The notes below the pieces were generated by a model that saw only the letters and a list, made by a program, of their open reading frames with translations, had not been told where the DNA came from and did no database searches. Of a stretch of 64,000 nt of DNA, positions 39,652 to 49,982 are shown in pieces (position 1 is the stretch's first letter; every line of letters starts with the position of its first letter). Source of the DNA: Desulfurococcaceae archaeon (GTDB lineage Archaea; Thermoproteota; Thermoprotei_A; Sulfolobales; Desulfurococcaceae). The stretch is from assembly GCA_023269825.1 (NCBI GenBank), contig JAGDWI010000001.1, positions 56,492 through 120,491 on the forward strand, in the 5' to 3' direction. A program made the translations under genes and the position numbers.

Positions 39652-40308
39652 TTACTTCCAACCAAGAGTTCTTAAAAGTGAAGGTATATCTATTAATTTT
39701 CTATAGGCATTTAATTTCACTTGTTTACCCATTATTAAGCCTTGGAATTCAAGCCTTGAAGTATCCAGGCTTATTAGTACATGGGCAGGCTTAACGTTTG
39801 CACTGAGAACACCGTTTCTATATCCCATGATATTAATCATTTCTCTAATAATACTCTCTTTGGTGAGTAAACCGTAATATTCTCCTCTCACCTGTTCTGA
39901 TTCATCTTTAACCGGTATCAGGAATCTTAGGAATAGTCTTCTCTTAGGCATTTTGGATAATTTCTCATGTGTTTTAGCAATCCCTGTTTCAACGCTGTTT
40001 ATTAGTGAACTAACATATTTCTCTATGTCTAATTTGGAGCAATTGGTGTTTGTACTTAGTACTTTGTAGCTTAGTTTACTGCCGTAGTACAATTTATCGA
40101 GGTCGAATGGACTTTTAAACGATAACAGCAGTCTAGATTCAACTTTATCTAAGTATTCTTTCTTAACGAAAGCGTACATTGAGCAATCGAAGAAATATAT
40201 GTCTTTTGATTCATATGGGTTTATTAAAGCCATTGTTGCCCAGAAACACGTGCTACTGCCTTCGCAGTGCTTGGCTAGTAATTCATCACTCACATTAATG
40301 AAGCTCAA
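39652..40308 (-). CDS. Hypothetical protein
   Basis: 218-aa ORF with protein-like composition. No motif recognised. Confidence 0.45.
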   Translation of the reverse strand: MSFINVSDELLAKHCEGSSTCFWATMALINPYESKDIYFFDCSMYAFVKKEYLDKVESRLLLSFKSPFDLDKLYYGSKLSYKVLSTNTNCSKLDIEKYVSSLINSVETGIAKTHEKLSKMPKRRLFLRFLIPVKDESEQVRGEYYGLLTKESIIREMINIMGYRNGVLSANVKPAHVLISLDTSRLEFQGLIMGKQVKLNAYRKLIDIPSLLRTLGWK

Positions 40309-40356
40309 TACTTACACCGGTAAAACAATACTAATTATATTTAGGTTTAGAGTTAA

Positions 40357-41727
40357 TTATTTTTTAATTAAATGAACGGGTGAACCAATAATGTACTCGG
40401 CGAAGTCCCTCAGAGACTCTGATACTGTTAAATGTGGATAAGGAATTCTAGAGGCTTCACTTAATTCGAGTTTACTGAGGTATAGTGGTAGATATGAGGA
40501 TATAACCTCCGATGCGTTTGGAGCAACTATATGTATACCAAGGATTTTCTCGCTGTTTTCACTTAAGAGTATTTTCGCGAAGGCGTTTTTACCACCCTTA
40601 ATTTTCACTGCTGACAGGAAGTATAGTGGTATTCTATATTTAACGTATTTAACACCCATAGATGTAAGCTCTTTCTCCGTGTAACCAATTGATGCAACCT
40701 CTAATCCAGTGAATATCGTTAATGGAACTGCTTTATAGTCTACTTGGAAAGATTTTTCTCCAGCAATGTTTCTAGCTGCTGCCAAGCTTTCAACTAATGC
40801 TTTATGTGCTAAAAGAGGACCGCCTACAACGTCTCCCGCAGCGTACACACCTGGCGCGCTTGTTTCTAGTTTGCTGTTTACTTTTATGTATCCTTTTTGG
40901 TCTAGTTCAATGGATAAGTTTTCAAGCCCCATATCTCTGGTTTTTGGTTTACGACCAACAGCTACAATGATTTTATCTACTTCTAGTTTCTCATCGTTAG
41001 ATAATTCAGCGATGTACTTACCATTGTTTTTCACTGTTTTCTTAACGGTTGTTTTCTCATATACTTTGACGCCTCTCTGGTTTAGATGAGTTTTCACAGC
41101 TAGAGCGATGTCTTTATCCGTGAATGGTAGTATGTGATCGAGAAGCTCAACGATTATTGATTCAATGCCCAGCGAGGAGAAGGCATTAGCTAATTCAACT
41201 CCAATTACTCCTCCCCCAATAATTAATACTCTATTTGGTTTCTCGTCAAGGTATAGTGCTTCCCTGTTGCTAATTATTCCAGTTTTATCAAACTTGGCAA
41301 CTGGGATATCAACGGGGTCTGTTCCATTAGCTAATAGTATTTTACTTGCTTCAATCTCTACTTCCTCATTCCCGCTCCTGACCTTCAACTTACCTGGAGC
41401 TAACAGTAATCCACGGCCTCTATAAATAGTGACACCTCTCGACTCCAATAAGTATTCGATTCCCTCTCGCGACTCCTTTACAATACCCTTAACCCATTCA
41501 ACGAGTTTATCCCATTTGTATGATGTTAATCCACCTATCTTCTCGAGTGCTCGAAGAGCCTCTGCTACTTGGTAAAACGCTTTACTGGGAACACAACCAT
41601 AGTTAGTGCATTCTCCGCCAACAAGGTGTTCTTCGACTACAGCTACTTTTAACTCCTTCTGAGCAAGATAAGATGCTGCTGGATACCCACCTATCCCGGA
41701 ACCAATAACTACTACATCATATTTCAC
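40357..41727 (-). CDS. lpdA: Dihydrolipoamide dehydrogenase (class I pyridine nucleotide-disulfide oxidoreductase)
   Basis: FAD site VIGSGIGGY, redox disulfide GGECTNYGCVPSK, NAD site IIGGGVIGVE, and C-terminal PHLTVSE (HPTxxE-like). Confidence 0.9.
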   Translation of the reverse strand: MKYDVVVIGSGIGGYPAASYLAQKELKVAVVEEHLVGGECTNYGCVPSKAFYQVAEALRALEKIGGLTSYKWDKLVEWVKGIVKESREGIEYLLESRGVTIYRGRGLLLAPGKLKVRSGNEEVEIEASKILLANGTDPVDIPVAKFDKTGIISNREALYLDEKPNRVLIIGGGVIGVELANAFSSLGIESIIVELLDHILPFTDKDIALAVKTHLNQRGVKVYEKTTVKKTVKNNGKYIAELSNDEKLEVDKIIVAVGRKPKTRDMGLENLSIELDQKGYIKVNSKLETSAPGVYAAGDVVGGPLLAHKALVESLAAARNIAGEKSFQVDYKAVPLTIFTGLEVASIGYTEKELTSMGVKYVKYRIPLYFLSAVKIKGGKNAFAKILLSENSEKILGIHIVAPNASEVISSYLPLYLSKLELSEASRIPYPHLTVSESLRDFAEYIIGSPVHLIKK

Positions 41728-41844
41728 TGTTCACACCTCTATATTAGAATACATAATTCAATAAGTAAACTTTTTACCGTTTAAATTAACAGGGAGGTAT
41801 ATTAAAAACATTTTATAATTAATATTAATCTAATCAGTTATTCG

Positions 41845-42279
41845 GTGATAGAATTGGAGGACATCGTTGTAAGCGTGAAAGGTAAAGAATATATTGTTAG
41901 GAGGGATCGTAGATACACTGAAACAGATGAATGGGCTAAACTAGAGGATAGTAGAGTTGTCTGCGGGGTTTCGGATTATGCTCAAAAAGAACTAAAAGAC
42001 ATTGTGGCAGTTGAGTTACCTCGAGTAGGTAGGATCGTTAATAAAGGTGAAGAACTAGGAATAATTGATTCAATTAAAGCAACATCACCATACTATGCTC
42101 CATTATCAGGTAGAATAGTTGAAGTCAATAAGAAATTAGAGTCTTCTCCTGAATTAATTAATAAAGACCCTTATGGCGAAGGCTGGATCTTCATATTGGA
42201 ACCAACTAAGTTAAGTGAGTTTGACTCACTGCTAACACCTGAAAAATACGCTGAAAAAATAAGGGAGAGCAAGAAGTAA
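41845..42279 (+). CDS. gcvH: Glycine cleavage system H protein (lipoyl carrier)
   Basis: Lipoyl-lysine motif DSIKATSPYYAPLSG and YGEGWIF. Confidence 0.9.
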   Translation: MIELEDIVVSVKGKEYIVRRDRRYTETDEWAKLEDSRVVCGVSDYAQKELKDIVAVELPRVGRIVNKGEELGIIDSIKATSPYYAPLSGRIVEVNKKLESSPELINKDPYGEGWIFILEPTKLSEFDSLLTPEKYAEKIRESKK

Positions 42280-42555
42280 ACTTTAAGTGACAAGTTCATT
42301 TTTAAACAGGAGGAAATAATCAAAATAATGCAGAGAAGTACATTCATTCCCCTACATATCGCAACGAGTATAGTCGCTATTGTTCACATTGATTTAATGG
42401 TTTAAATTCAAAAACATGTAATTGTTTGTCTCATTTATCTTGACTCGTTAATTTATAATCAATGTACTTAAACCTTTTCTTATAATCGAGTTTACTAAAT
42501 ACGTGTAATTATCGGAGTTAATAGTTGATGTTTACGTATTAAATATGTAAGTAAG

Positions 42556-43410
42556 GTGAATGCTATGGAGGATGGTTTGATAATTATTGAACCAGCTAGT
42601 AGATACCTTAAACTATTATTTAAAGTAAACACTGTCTTAGCGACATCTAAATCACCATATCAGGAAATCGTTTTCGCTGAAATAGATGGTTTTGGTAGGT
42701 CTCTTCTACTGGATAAATACATACAGAGCACGGAGAGAGATGAGTATTTTTACCATGAACTACTTGTTCAACCCGCAATGCTCCTGCACCCAAACCCGGA
42801 GAAAGTGCTGATACTTGGTGGAGGAGAAGGCGCAACACTCAGAGAAGTGTTGAAACACAACACTGTAAAAGAAGCAGTCATGGTTGACATTGACTCTATA
42901 GTAGTTGAATTCTCGAAGAAGTACTTGGAGCACATGCATCAGGGTAGTTTTCATGATCCAAGAGCTAGAGTTATAATAATGGATGGTAAAGAATACGTGA
43001 AGAATGCTCCTTCAAGCTACTTCGACGTCGTAATAATGGACTTAACTGACCCCTATGGTAGCGATATAGCTAAACCCCTGTATTCGCCGGAATTCTTCGC
43101 GGAGATCAAGCGAGTTATGAAGTCTAACGGAGTCGTTGCAACGCAAGCCGGCAGTAGCTACTTCTTCCCAGAGGAGTATAAGTACGTGTTAAACAGTGTT
43201 TCCAAGAACTTCAAGCATGTGGCTGAGTATTGGTTTTGGGTACCGAGTTTCGGGTTGAACGTTAACTTCATTGTAGGTTCAGATGCATACTGCTTGGATA
43301 AGGAAATAGTTGTAATTGATAAGAGACTAAGCGAAAGAGGCATTAAAACAAAATTCATCAACGCTAGGATTCTGGAAGGATTGTTAAAAATTGGAGTTAT
43401 TTATCCTTGA
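42556..43410 (+). CDS. speE: Spermidine synthase / polyamine aminopropyltransferase
   Basis: YQEIVFAE, GGGEGATLREVLKH and DLTDP motifs. Confidence 0.9.
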   Translation: MNAMEDGLIIIEPASRYLKLLFKVNTVLATSKSPYQEIVFAEIDGFGRSLLLDKYIQSTERDEYFYHELLVQPAMLLHPNPEKVLILGGGEGATLREVLKHNTVKEAVMVDIDSIVVEFSKKYLEHMHQGSFHDPRARVIIMDGKEYVKNAPSSYFDVVIMDLTDPYGSDIAKPLYSPEFFAEIKRVMKSNGVVATQAGSSYFFPEEYKYVLNSVSKNFKHVAEYWFWVPSFGLNVNFIVGSDAYCLDKEIVVIDKRLSERGIKTKFINARILEGLLKIGVIYP

Positions 43411-44783
43411 GAAACTGTTTTTTTATCTACTACTAATACCCCGTCTTCCCTCATCTTCAACACTATGATTCTTTCTCCTGCTTTAATTTCATTGTTCGAG
43501 GTAGCTTTCCAATACTCTCCCTCCACTTTCACAAACCCTGTTTCCCCCGGTTTAATGTCTTCAATGGCAACTCCTTCTTTTCCTTCAGGCGTAAAGCTAA
43601 CGGGTTTCTTTCTCCTCACTTGTATCACCTTGAAAACAACTAAGCCGAAAAATGAGCCTAATGTAATAGCTGTTCCGAAAATAAATGCTCTCAAAGCAGC
43701 TATATAGTCTTGTCTTGGCGAGACACCAGCAGGTATATATGCGGGTAGAAGAGCGAAACCCAGAGTAATCAATACTATTCCGCTAACGCCTACGAAACCG
43801 AAACCTGGCAATATGAATAATTCAATTGCAAGCATGATTGCCCCTAATATAATAAAGAACACTGATAACATGTTAGGGTTTATTCCCGTGCTTATTAACC
43901 CTAGAAGTATTAGGGCAAACGCTAATGGTAAAACAACGATTTTCCCAGATGCTAATGCGAATATAGCTGCCAGGACACCTATACTTAGTAAAGCGTTTGC
44001 TAAGTAAGCATTAGATAAAATAGAGATCATTCTTGACCTGATGCTACACGCGAATACTTCGACATTTCCTTGATTCAAGTTCAGTGAGTACTGTACTCCA
44101 TTCTTCTCGATGACTCTGCCTTTCAGTAGGTCAAAGATTTCATAATAATTATTAACCTCGAAGTCCGCTACGCCGCTTGAAACAGCGGTATTGGAGTCTA
44201 CGACTTTTGCATTCGTAATAAACTCCGCTATGAGAGATAGGTTCCTGCTTCTTCTCTCACTATAAACCTTAGCTTTACCAATGATTGGTTCAAGTATTTT
44301 TGACTCATTAACGAACGTCACTTCCCCAGTAACAGGGTTAACTATCACGGGCTTCATGGCTCCAATTATTGATCCCTTCTGTAGAATTACTATGTCGGCT
44401 GGAATAATGATGAGCGTGCCAGCGCTAAGTGCCTTGTTTTCAACATACGCTATTGTCGGCACCTTGGAGTAATATATTGCGTCTCCGATCGTGAAACCGG
44501 AATCCAAGTATCCTCCATAACTGTTAACTTTATATATTAATACCGCGTTTGAATCCTCGGCAAATTTAACAGCATCAGCGACGCATTCAGCGACGCCGTT
44601 ATCGATGGTATCCCATGGAGGCGTTACTTCGACAAGTACTCCTTTAACTAAGGTTTTACTTTCACCATGAATATCTACGGATACTATGAAAGCAGAGGAC
44701 ACTAATAGTATGAGAAGAACGTTTATTAAAAAAATTGTTTTATCAATGAAAACTCTCATTCTAACCCTCCGCTCTTTTCTCAT
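43401..44783 (-). CDS. NfeD-family membrane-bound ClpP-class serine protease (long form)
   Basis: N-terminal ClpP/S49-like domain, central TM block and a C-terminal OB-fold NfeD domain (GETGFVKVEGEYWKA). Overlaps the upstream stomatin gene in the classic NfeD-stomatin operon. Confidence 0.85.
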   Translation of the reverse strand: MRKERRVRMRVFIDKTIFLINVLLILLVSSAFIVSVDIHGESKTLVKGVLVEVTPPWDTIDNGVAECVADAVKFAEDSNAVLIYKVNSYGGYLDSGFTIGDAIYYSKVPTIAYVENKALSAGTLIIIPADIVILQKGSIIGAMKPVIVNPVTGEVTFVNESKILEPIIGKAKVYSERRSRNLSLIAEFITNAKVVDSNTAVSSGVADFEVNNYYEIFDLLKGRVIEKNGVQYSLNLNQGNVEVFACSIRSRMISILSNAYLANALLSIGVLAAIFALASGKIVVLPLAFALILLGLISTGINPNMLSVFFIILGAIMLAIELFILPGFGFVGVSGIVLITLGFALLPAYIPAGVSPRQDYIAALRAFIFGTAITLGSFFGLVVFKVIQVRRKKPVSFTPEGKEGVAIEDIKPGETGFVKVEGEYWKATSNNEIKAGERIIVLKMREDGVLVVDKKTVSQG

Positions 44784-45552
44784 ACTCTTTGATGGCTTTC
44801 TGAGTGGCTACGATTTCTCCAAGATATTTCCCGCCAGTTTCCGTTACGACAACAAGGGCCTTCTCTCTAGCTATTTCGATCAAAGTTTGAAGCTCTCTCA
44901 ATTTAAGAGCAACTGGGTGTTCTTCATAGAACTTAGCTGCTTCGGCTAATATTGTTGAAGCCTGTTTTTCACCTTCAGCTTCAATTATTCGCGCTCTTCT
45001 CCACCTCTCTGCTTCAGCTTGTTTAGCCATAGCTCTCTTCATTTCTTCAGGTAATTCAACGGCTTTAATTGTTACAGCTACTGTTTTAATGCCCCAAGGT
45101 ATTGTTACTTCATCCAGTATACTTGAAAGTTTTTTGTTTAATTCATCTCTACGTTGCAGTAAATCATCAAGATCCGATTGACCTAGGACATCTCTGAGAA
45201 CTGTTTGACCTAGGAGACTAACTGCGTAGTGATAATTTGAAACTTTCGTTACAGCTGCAATGGGATCTAATACTCTATAATAAATGACGGCATCAACTGT
45301 AACACTCACGTTGTCCCTTGTCAGTATTTCTTGCTTAGGAACATCAACTGTTACTACTCTTAAATCAACTTTGCTGACTGTGTCAACGAAGGGTATTATG
45401 AGCACTAATCCTGGCCCTATAGCTCCCCTTAATCTGCCAAGCCTAAAAACCACTACTCTCTCATATTCTTTAACGATTCTTATTGCAGATGCAAGTATGG
45501 GTAAACCTATGAATAGTGCAACTGCGATAAGAACGATTTGCCATAGCTCCAT
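44761..45552 (-). CDS. Stomatin/prohibitin (SPFH/band-7) family protein
   Basis: N-terminal TM followed by an SPFH domain (IVKEYERVVVFRLGR...QEILTRDNV). Confidence 0.9.
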   Translation of the reverse strand: MELWQIVLIAVALFIGLPILASAIRIVKEYERVVVFRLGRLRGAIGPGLVLIIPFVDTVSKVDLRVVTVDVPKQEILTRDNVSVTVDAVIYYRVLDPIAAVTKVSNYHYAVSLLGQTVLRDVLGQSDLDDLLQRRDELNKKLSSILDEVTIPWGIKTVAVTIKAVELPEEMKRAMAKQAEAERWRRARIIEAEGEKQASTILAEAAKFYEEHPVALKLRELQTLIEIAREKALVVVTETGGKYLGEIVATQKAIKEYEKRAEG

Positions 45553-45675
45553 TTATTACACCATGATTTAAATAACACGTCGAGTATTTTATATAAGTAG
45601 CAGTGTCACTTGGAGTAATTCTGAATAGTTTAAATTAACATGAATGGATATTAGTTTTCCTCGTCATGTTTCACA

Positions 45676-47013
45676 GTGTGCTTTAAAATGAAGCTGAGAG
45701 TGGATAATGAATTAATGCAAGTATTGAAGATGAGTATTCCCCTCGTTATAATTGAGCTTGTTTCAAGCCTCTACTCTCTAACAGATACCTACTTTGTATC
45801 ATGGCTGGGTAAAGAGGCACTTGCTGGACTAGGTGTAGCATCATATATTCTCATGTTCGCGCAAACATTCAACGTACTTTTCACTACTCCCTCGATTGTT
45901 TTCACATCGCAAGGATTGGGTAGTGGTAGAAAAGAGCAAGCAAAGCTAGCTGTAGGAGAAGTTTTCCTCAACGGCTTAATAGTAATCTCCATATTGTCGA
46001 TTACGTGGTATCAACTAGCCGGAGTAATAGTTGAAATGCAGTCGGGTGTTAAAGGTCTAACTTTCCAGTACTCGGTTGATTATTTACAAATAAGATTTAT
46101 TGGCTTCATTGTTTCTTACTCCACAATGTTCCTAGACTCAATTATTGTTGCATCTGGTTACACATGGTACTCTTTGATAGCGAACTCGTCTGGGCTAATA
46201 CTTAACATAGTCTTAGACCCAATAATGATCTATGGTTGCTTTGGTTTTCCTCCGTTGGGAGTCGCGGGTGCAGCTATTGCAACAATTGTATCTAACACTG
46301 TTACTTTACCTATACAATTGTTTTACTTAGCAAAACTAGGGCTTATACCGTGCCTGCATTTCGAGTTTAGCTACGTGAAGAAAGCTTTAAGCCTTGGTTT
46401 ACCCGCCTTCGCGGAGAGATTTCTCTTCTCGTTGGGGAACAATATATACGCAGGTATTATATCTAGGCTTGGAGATACTGTAATGGCTTCTCATAATGTG
46501 GGCCTGAGAATTGAGAGCTTAATTTATATGCCTGGGTTTGCTTTCTCTATGACTGCTTCAGCTCTTGTTGGTAAATATATTGGAAAAGGAGAATTAGCTA
46601 ACGCTAAGAGAATAGGGCGTAGAACGGCCTTACTGGGATCGCTTGTTATAGGGCTTCTCGGCGTAATCGTTGGAGTTTCTGGTTATTACTTAACTCAACC
46701 GTTTTCCCCAAACGATGAAATAAGGAGATTAGCGTCTACTTATTTATTCTTTGCGGGATTCAGCGAGTTCGGATTAGGGTTCGCGATGATTATAAGTGGG
46801 GCTTTCAGAGGTGCAGGGAACACATGGCTTCCCATGTTAATAAATATAGTGTCTCTAACTTGTGTCAGAGTCTTATTATCAATTGTACTCGTAGAATATA
46901 TGGGAGTTATTGGCCCATGGTTAGCAATGTTTATAGACGTTTATGTTAGAGGTATAGTTTTCATAGTGCTATATGAAACATCCTTCAATAAACTGGCTCG
47001 GAAAATGATTTAA
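45676..47013 (+). CDS. MATE-family efflux transporter
   Basis: 445 aa with 12 TM helices in two repeats, and a MATE-like N-terminus (LKMSIPLVIIELVSSLYSLTDTYFVSWLG). Confidence 0.85.
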   Translation: MCFKMKLRVDNELMQVLKMSIPLVIIELVSSLYSLTDTYFVSWLGKEALAGLGVASYILMFAQTFNVLFTTPSIVFTSQGLGSGRKEQAKLAVGEVFLNGLIVISILSITWYQLAGVIVEMQSGVKGLTFQYSVDYLQIRFIGFIVSYSTMFLDSIIVASGYTWYSLIANSSGLILNIVLDPIMIYGCFGFPPLGVAGAAIATIVSNTVTLPIQLFYLAKLGLIPCLHFEFSYVKKALSLGLPAFAERFLFSLGNNIYAGIISRLGDTVMASHNVGLRIESLIYMPGFAFSMTASALVGKYIGKGELANAKRIGRRTALLGSLVIGLLGVIVGVSGYYLTQPFSPNDEIRRLASTYLFFAGFSEFGLGFAMIISGAFRGAGNTWLPMLINIVSLTCVRVLLSIVLVEYMGVIGPWLAMFIDVYVRGIVFIVLYETSFNKLARKMI

Positions 47014-47079
47014 GATATTATTGCTAGTATTGTAATCGTATAGTCTAGGTGATTCAGAGTAATTATGAGGTGCATTTAA

Positions 47080-47721
47080 GTGAGGTACATTGGTGTTATG
47101 CTTATATTGATTATTAGTGTGGTTTTTCTCACAGCACTAACTACTGTGGTTCGAGGTGAAGATAATTCATGTTTAAACGGGGTATTATTCTACATATTTG
47201 GCGAATCAACATGCCCATACTGTAAACTACAACATGACTTCTTTCAGCAGAATTACCCAGCAAGTGTACACTATTTCTGCATTATAGATAAGTACGGTGA
47301 CTGCTATAATAAATTCATTCAATTTGTTAGAGACGAATTAATATCAAAAGCTAATGTGGATACAAGTAAAATCGGTGTTCCATTAACTATCGTGGTGAAA
47401 AATTATGGAGGAAATAAATCAATAGTGGCCGTGGTGATTGGTGCCATAACGGATAAGAACTTCTGGCTTCAACTAGCTTGCTCTCAACCAGGTGAAAATA
47501 TACCTGTTTATTTAATGACTCAGCAAGCCTACTTTATACCAGTTAATCAAACGACTAATGGTGAATTAGTGAACGAATACATTGTGTTCCCATATCCTCC
47601 CTCAACTAATAATAGTGGCGGCAGCTCTACTGATGCAGTTTTCTTAACAACTTTAGTTATCGTGGGGATCTTAGTATTATCTATTACTGGGTACATGTTG
47701 TACAGCTACTTGAGAAAGTGA
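47080..47721 (+). CDS. Secreted, C-terminally membrane-anchored thioredoxin/glutaredoxin-fold protein (CPYC)
   Basis: Signal-peptide-like N-terminus, CxxC motif FGESTCPYCKLQ, a Ser/Gly/Thr-rich linker, and a C-terminal TM helix ending in basic residues. Confidence 0.55.
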   Translation: MRYIGVMLILIISVVFLTALTTVVRGEDNSCLNGVLFYIFGESTCPYCKLQHDFFQQNYPASVHYFCIIDKYGDCYNKFIQFVRDELISKANVDTSKIGVPLTIVVKNYGGNKSIVAVVIGAITDKNFWLQLACSQPGENIPVYLMTQQAYFIPVNQTTNGELVNEYIVFPYPPSTNNSGGSSTDAVFLTTLVIVGILVLSITGYMLYSYLRK

Positions 47722-47884
47722 GTAGTATTTAGTTTTACATTAAAACGATTCAGTGAACTGAACACTATTGATGATTAGAGTTCATTAACCGGCCTATGGT
47801 TTTCCACGCTATGAGTTACTATAAAGTCTTTAAACCCCCCTTACAAGAAGATCGGGATGAAAGTAAACAAGTGCTCCACTAGGG

Positions 47885-48520
47885 GTGAAATCAATGAGCA
47901 GCGAAGACAGTGTCGGTAAAGCATTAGGTAGAGTAATAGTATATGCAATAATAGTAGCAGTAATAATGGGTATTCTTCAATGGTTCTTCACTCAAGGAGT
48001 AGACATGCTAGTGAAAGCTACAAAACTAGACGCACTATTAGTACTGAAAGACTACGCAGTATACGTATACATCATAATATTACTAGCACTAGGTTGGATG
48101 ATAGTGAATGCTGTTGCAACAATGTTCTACGTGATGATTAAACCAAGATATGGTGCTTCCACCGCTGCAGCTATTAGAAGCATGGTTAGAATACTAGGTT
48201 TAGGCGCTCTCTTAGCTGGTATCGCCGGCGGAGTTGCCGGTGGAGCAGCAGGAGTTGCTTTAGGAGGCTTCATAGGATTAGTCATAGGCTTCGCAACACA
48301 GCAAGTTCTAGGACAAGCTGTTGCAGGTTTATTCATATTACTTGCTAGACCATTCAAAATAGGGGACCTTGTGGACGTTGCCGGTGAAAGTGAAGTAAGA
48401 GTTAGAGATATATCTACATTATTCACAATAGTTCAAAGAAAAGATGGATTTGAGGTTCTTGTACCAAGCTCAATGATTATTGGTCAAAAAATAGTGATCA
48501 GGGAAAGAGCGAAAGAGTGA
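47885..48520 (+). CDS. Small MscS-like mechanosensitive channel protein
   Basis: TM helices with a Gly/Ala-rich pore helix (GLVIGFATQQVLGQAVAGLFILLARPFKIGDLVDVAG). Confidence 0.7.
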   Translation: MKSMSSEDSVGKALGRVIVYAIIVAVIMGILQWFFTQGVDMLVKATKLDALLVLKDYAVYVYIIILLALGWMIVNAVATMFYVMIKPRYGASTAAAIRSMVRILGLGALLAGIAGGVAGGAAGVALGGFIGLVIGFATQQVLGQAVAGLFILLARPFKIGDLVDVAGESEVRVRDISTLFTIVQRKDGFEVLVPSSMIIGQKIVIRERAKE

Positions 48521-48534
48521 TTTAAATTACGCTA

Positions 48535-48546
48535 TTTTTCTTTTTT
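48535..48546 (+). terminator. Oligo-T tract (TTTTTCTTTTTT) downstream of the MscS-like gene
   Basis: The T-run begins 15 nt after the stop codon at 48518-48520. Confidence 0.4.
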
Positions 48547-48650
48547 AACTCTTATTTCTCTCACATTGGAATCCGGGGAACTTGTTCATGAATGATTAAG
48601 CTAACTTTAATTGTGATTAGTCACGTTAACTAGTTTTCATCATGTTTCGC

Positions 48651-48657
48651 TTTATAA
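48651..48657 (+). promoter_or_regulatory. TATA-box-like element (TTTATAA) upstream of the mre11 operon
   Basis: It ends 22 nt upstream of the first possible start (GTG 48679). This is consistent with a short-leader archaeal promoter. Confidence 0.4.
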
Positions 48658-48678
48658 CTGGTATATGAATTAAATGGA

Positions 48679-49977
48679 GTGGAGAATGGGTGTTACGTAT
48701 TGATTCTAATTCACACTAGTGACTTACACCTTGTTCCCAGCAATCTTCAGGGCACAATCCTCGAGAACGCGTATTATGAGGTTTTAGAGGAGATAAGTGA
48801 GGTAGTGTTGAATGAGCAATCCCGTTACTTGCTCATATCAGGAGATTTTTTCGATGATGACCGTGTCCACTACGATATATTAATCAGAGTAAGCAAGCAA
48901 CTCAAGAAGCTACGAGACAATGGAGTTAGACTAGTAGTTTCACCGGGAAACCATGATTTAGCGAGAAATAGAGACGGAGTTTTAGACTTGCTCAGTAGTT
49001 TAGGATTAATGTATTTAACAATGTTTGAAGAAGCAAAGGGCTGGCTTATCTTAGATCCATTGGTTTTCGAGGACGATGAAATAGTGTTCTATGGGGTTCC
49101 AGGGTTCAGGGGAAGTAGTAATAAAGAAGTGGAATACCTAAAACAGGGGACAACATTATTCAAGGATTCATCCATGTACAAGGACTACTACGTGGTTGTA
49201 TTAGCGCACATTCAAACAAGGTTCCACGGCTACGATCCTTCCAAGTACTCATGGAGATATGGTTCACTATACTTGGAGTACGAGGACTTCCTCAGGAGAA
49301 TGCCCGCTAATACGAGGTATATAGCTCTAGGTCATCTCCACCTCCCAATACCTTATGATGAATCATTTAGGTCTAAGGCGGCTTATCCCGGTGCACCGAT
49401 AGGCATAGATCTTAACGACTTCCATGATACTTGCGAATTAGTGAGTAAAGGAGTTCATAGAGGGGTACTAAGAGTTGACTTAGCGAGTGATCCACCGTTA
49501 TTGAAGACCATTAGGTTAGAGCATGCTCCTAAAGCATACTGCACAACAATACAAACGGACTCACTCGAGGATGCCAGGACCCAGGTCAAGAAAATAGTTA
49601 AAGATATGGAGCTAGGGGAATACATTATTCTAGTTGTCGACGTAGAGAGTAAGAGGCTTACAGCTTCAGATATTGCGAGATTGAACTATGAGTTAAACAA
49701 GGAGTTCAGGGATAAAAGAGTCTACGTAAGGCTTAGCCTCCACGGCGTAATTGAGGAGCCCGAGTACCCGTTGATAAGAGTTGATATAGAAGCAGTAAGC
49801 AATTTCTCTATTGATGAACTAGAGCTCAAGGTAATACAAGAATATGTGTCCAAGAAGAGACCTGGTCTCTCAGCTGAGAAAATACAGTGGGTTATAAACT
49901 ACTTGGGCCGGGATCTTGGGCAATTATCTGAGAAGCATATCCGAGACTTACTCCGCGAGATGGGTGGTGGAGACTGA
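48679..49977 (+). CDS. mre11: Mre11-type calcineurin-like phosphoesterase (DSB-repair nuclease)
   Basis: Phosphoesterase motifs in order: IHTSDLHL, SGDFFD, PGNHD, LAHIQ and LGHLHL. First gene of a four-gene operon that also encodes rad50. Confidence 0.8.
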   Translation: MENGCYVLILIHTSDLHLVPSNLQGTILENAYYEVLEEISEVVLNEQSRYLLISGDFFDDDRVHYDILIRVSKQLKKLRDNGVRLVVSPGNHDLARNRDGVLDLLSSLGLMYLTMFEEAKGWLILDPLVFEDDEIVFYGVPGFRGSSNKEVEYLKQGTTLFKDSSMYKDYYVVVLAHIQTRFHGYDPSKYSWRYGSLYLEYEDFLRRMPANTRYIALGHLHLPIPYDESFRSKAAYPGAPIGIDLNDFHDTCELVSKGVHRGVLRVDLASDPPLLKTIRLEHAPKAYCTTIQTDSLEDARTQVKKIVKDMELGEYIILVVDVESKRLTASDIARLNYELNKEFRDKRVYVRLSLHGVIEEPEYPLIRVDIEAVSNFSIDELELKVIQEYVSKKRPGLSAEKIQWVINYLGRDLGQLSEKHIRDLLREMGGGD

Positions 49978-49982
49978 GCCGT

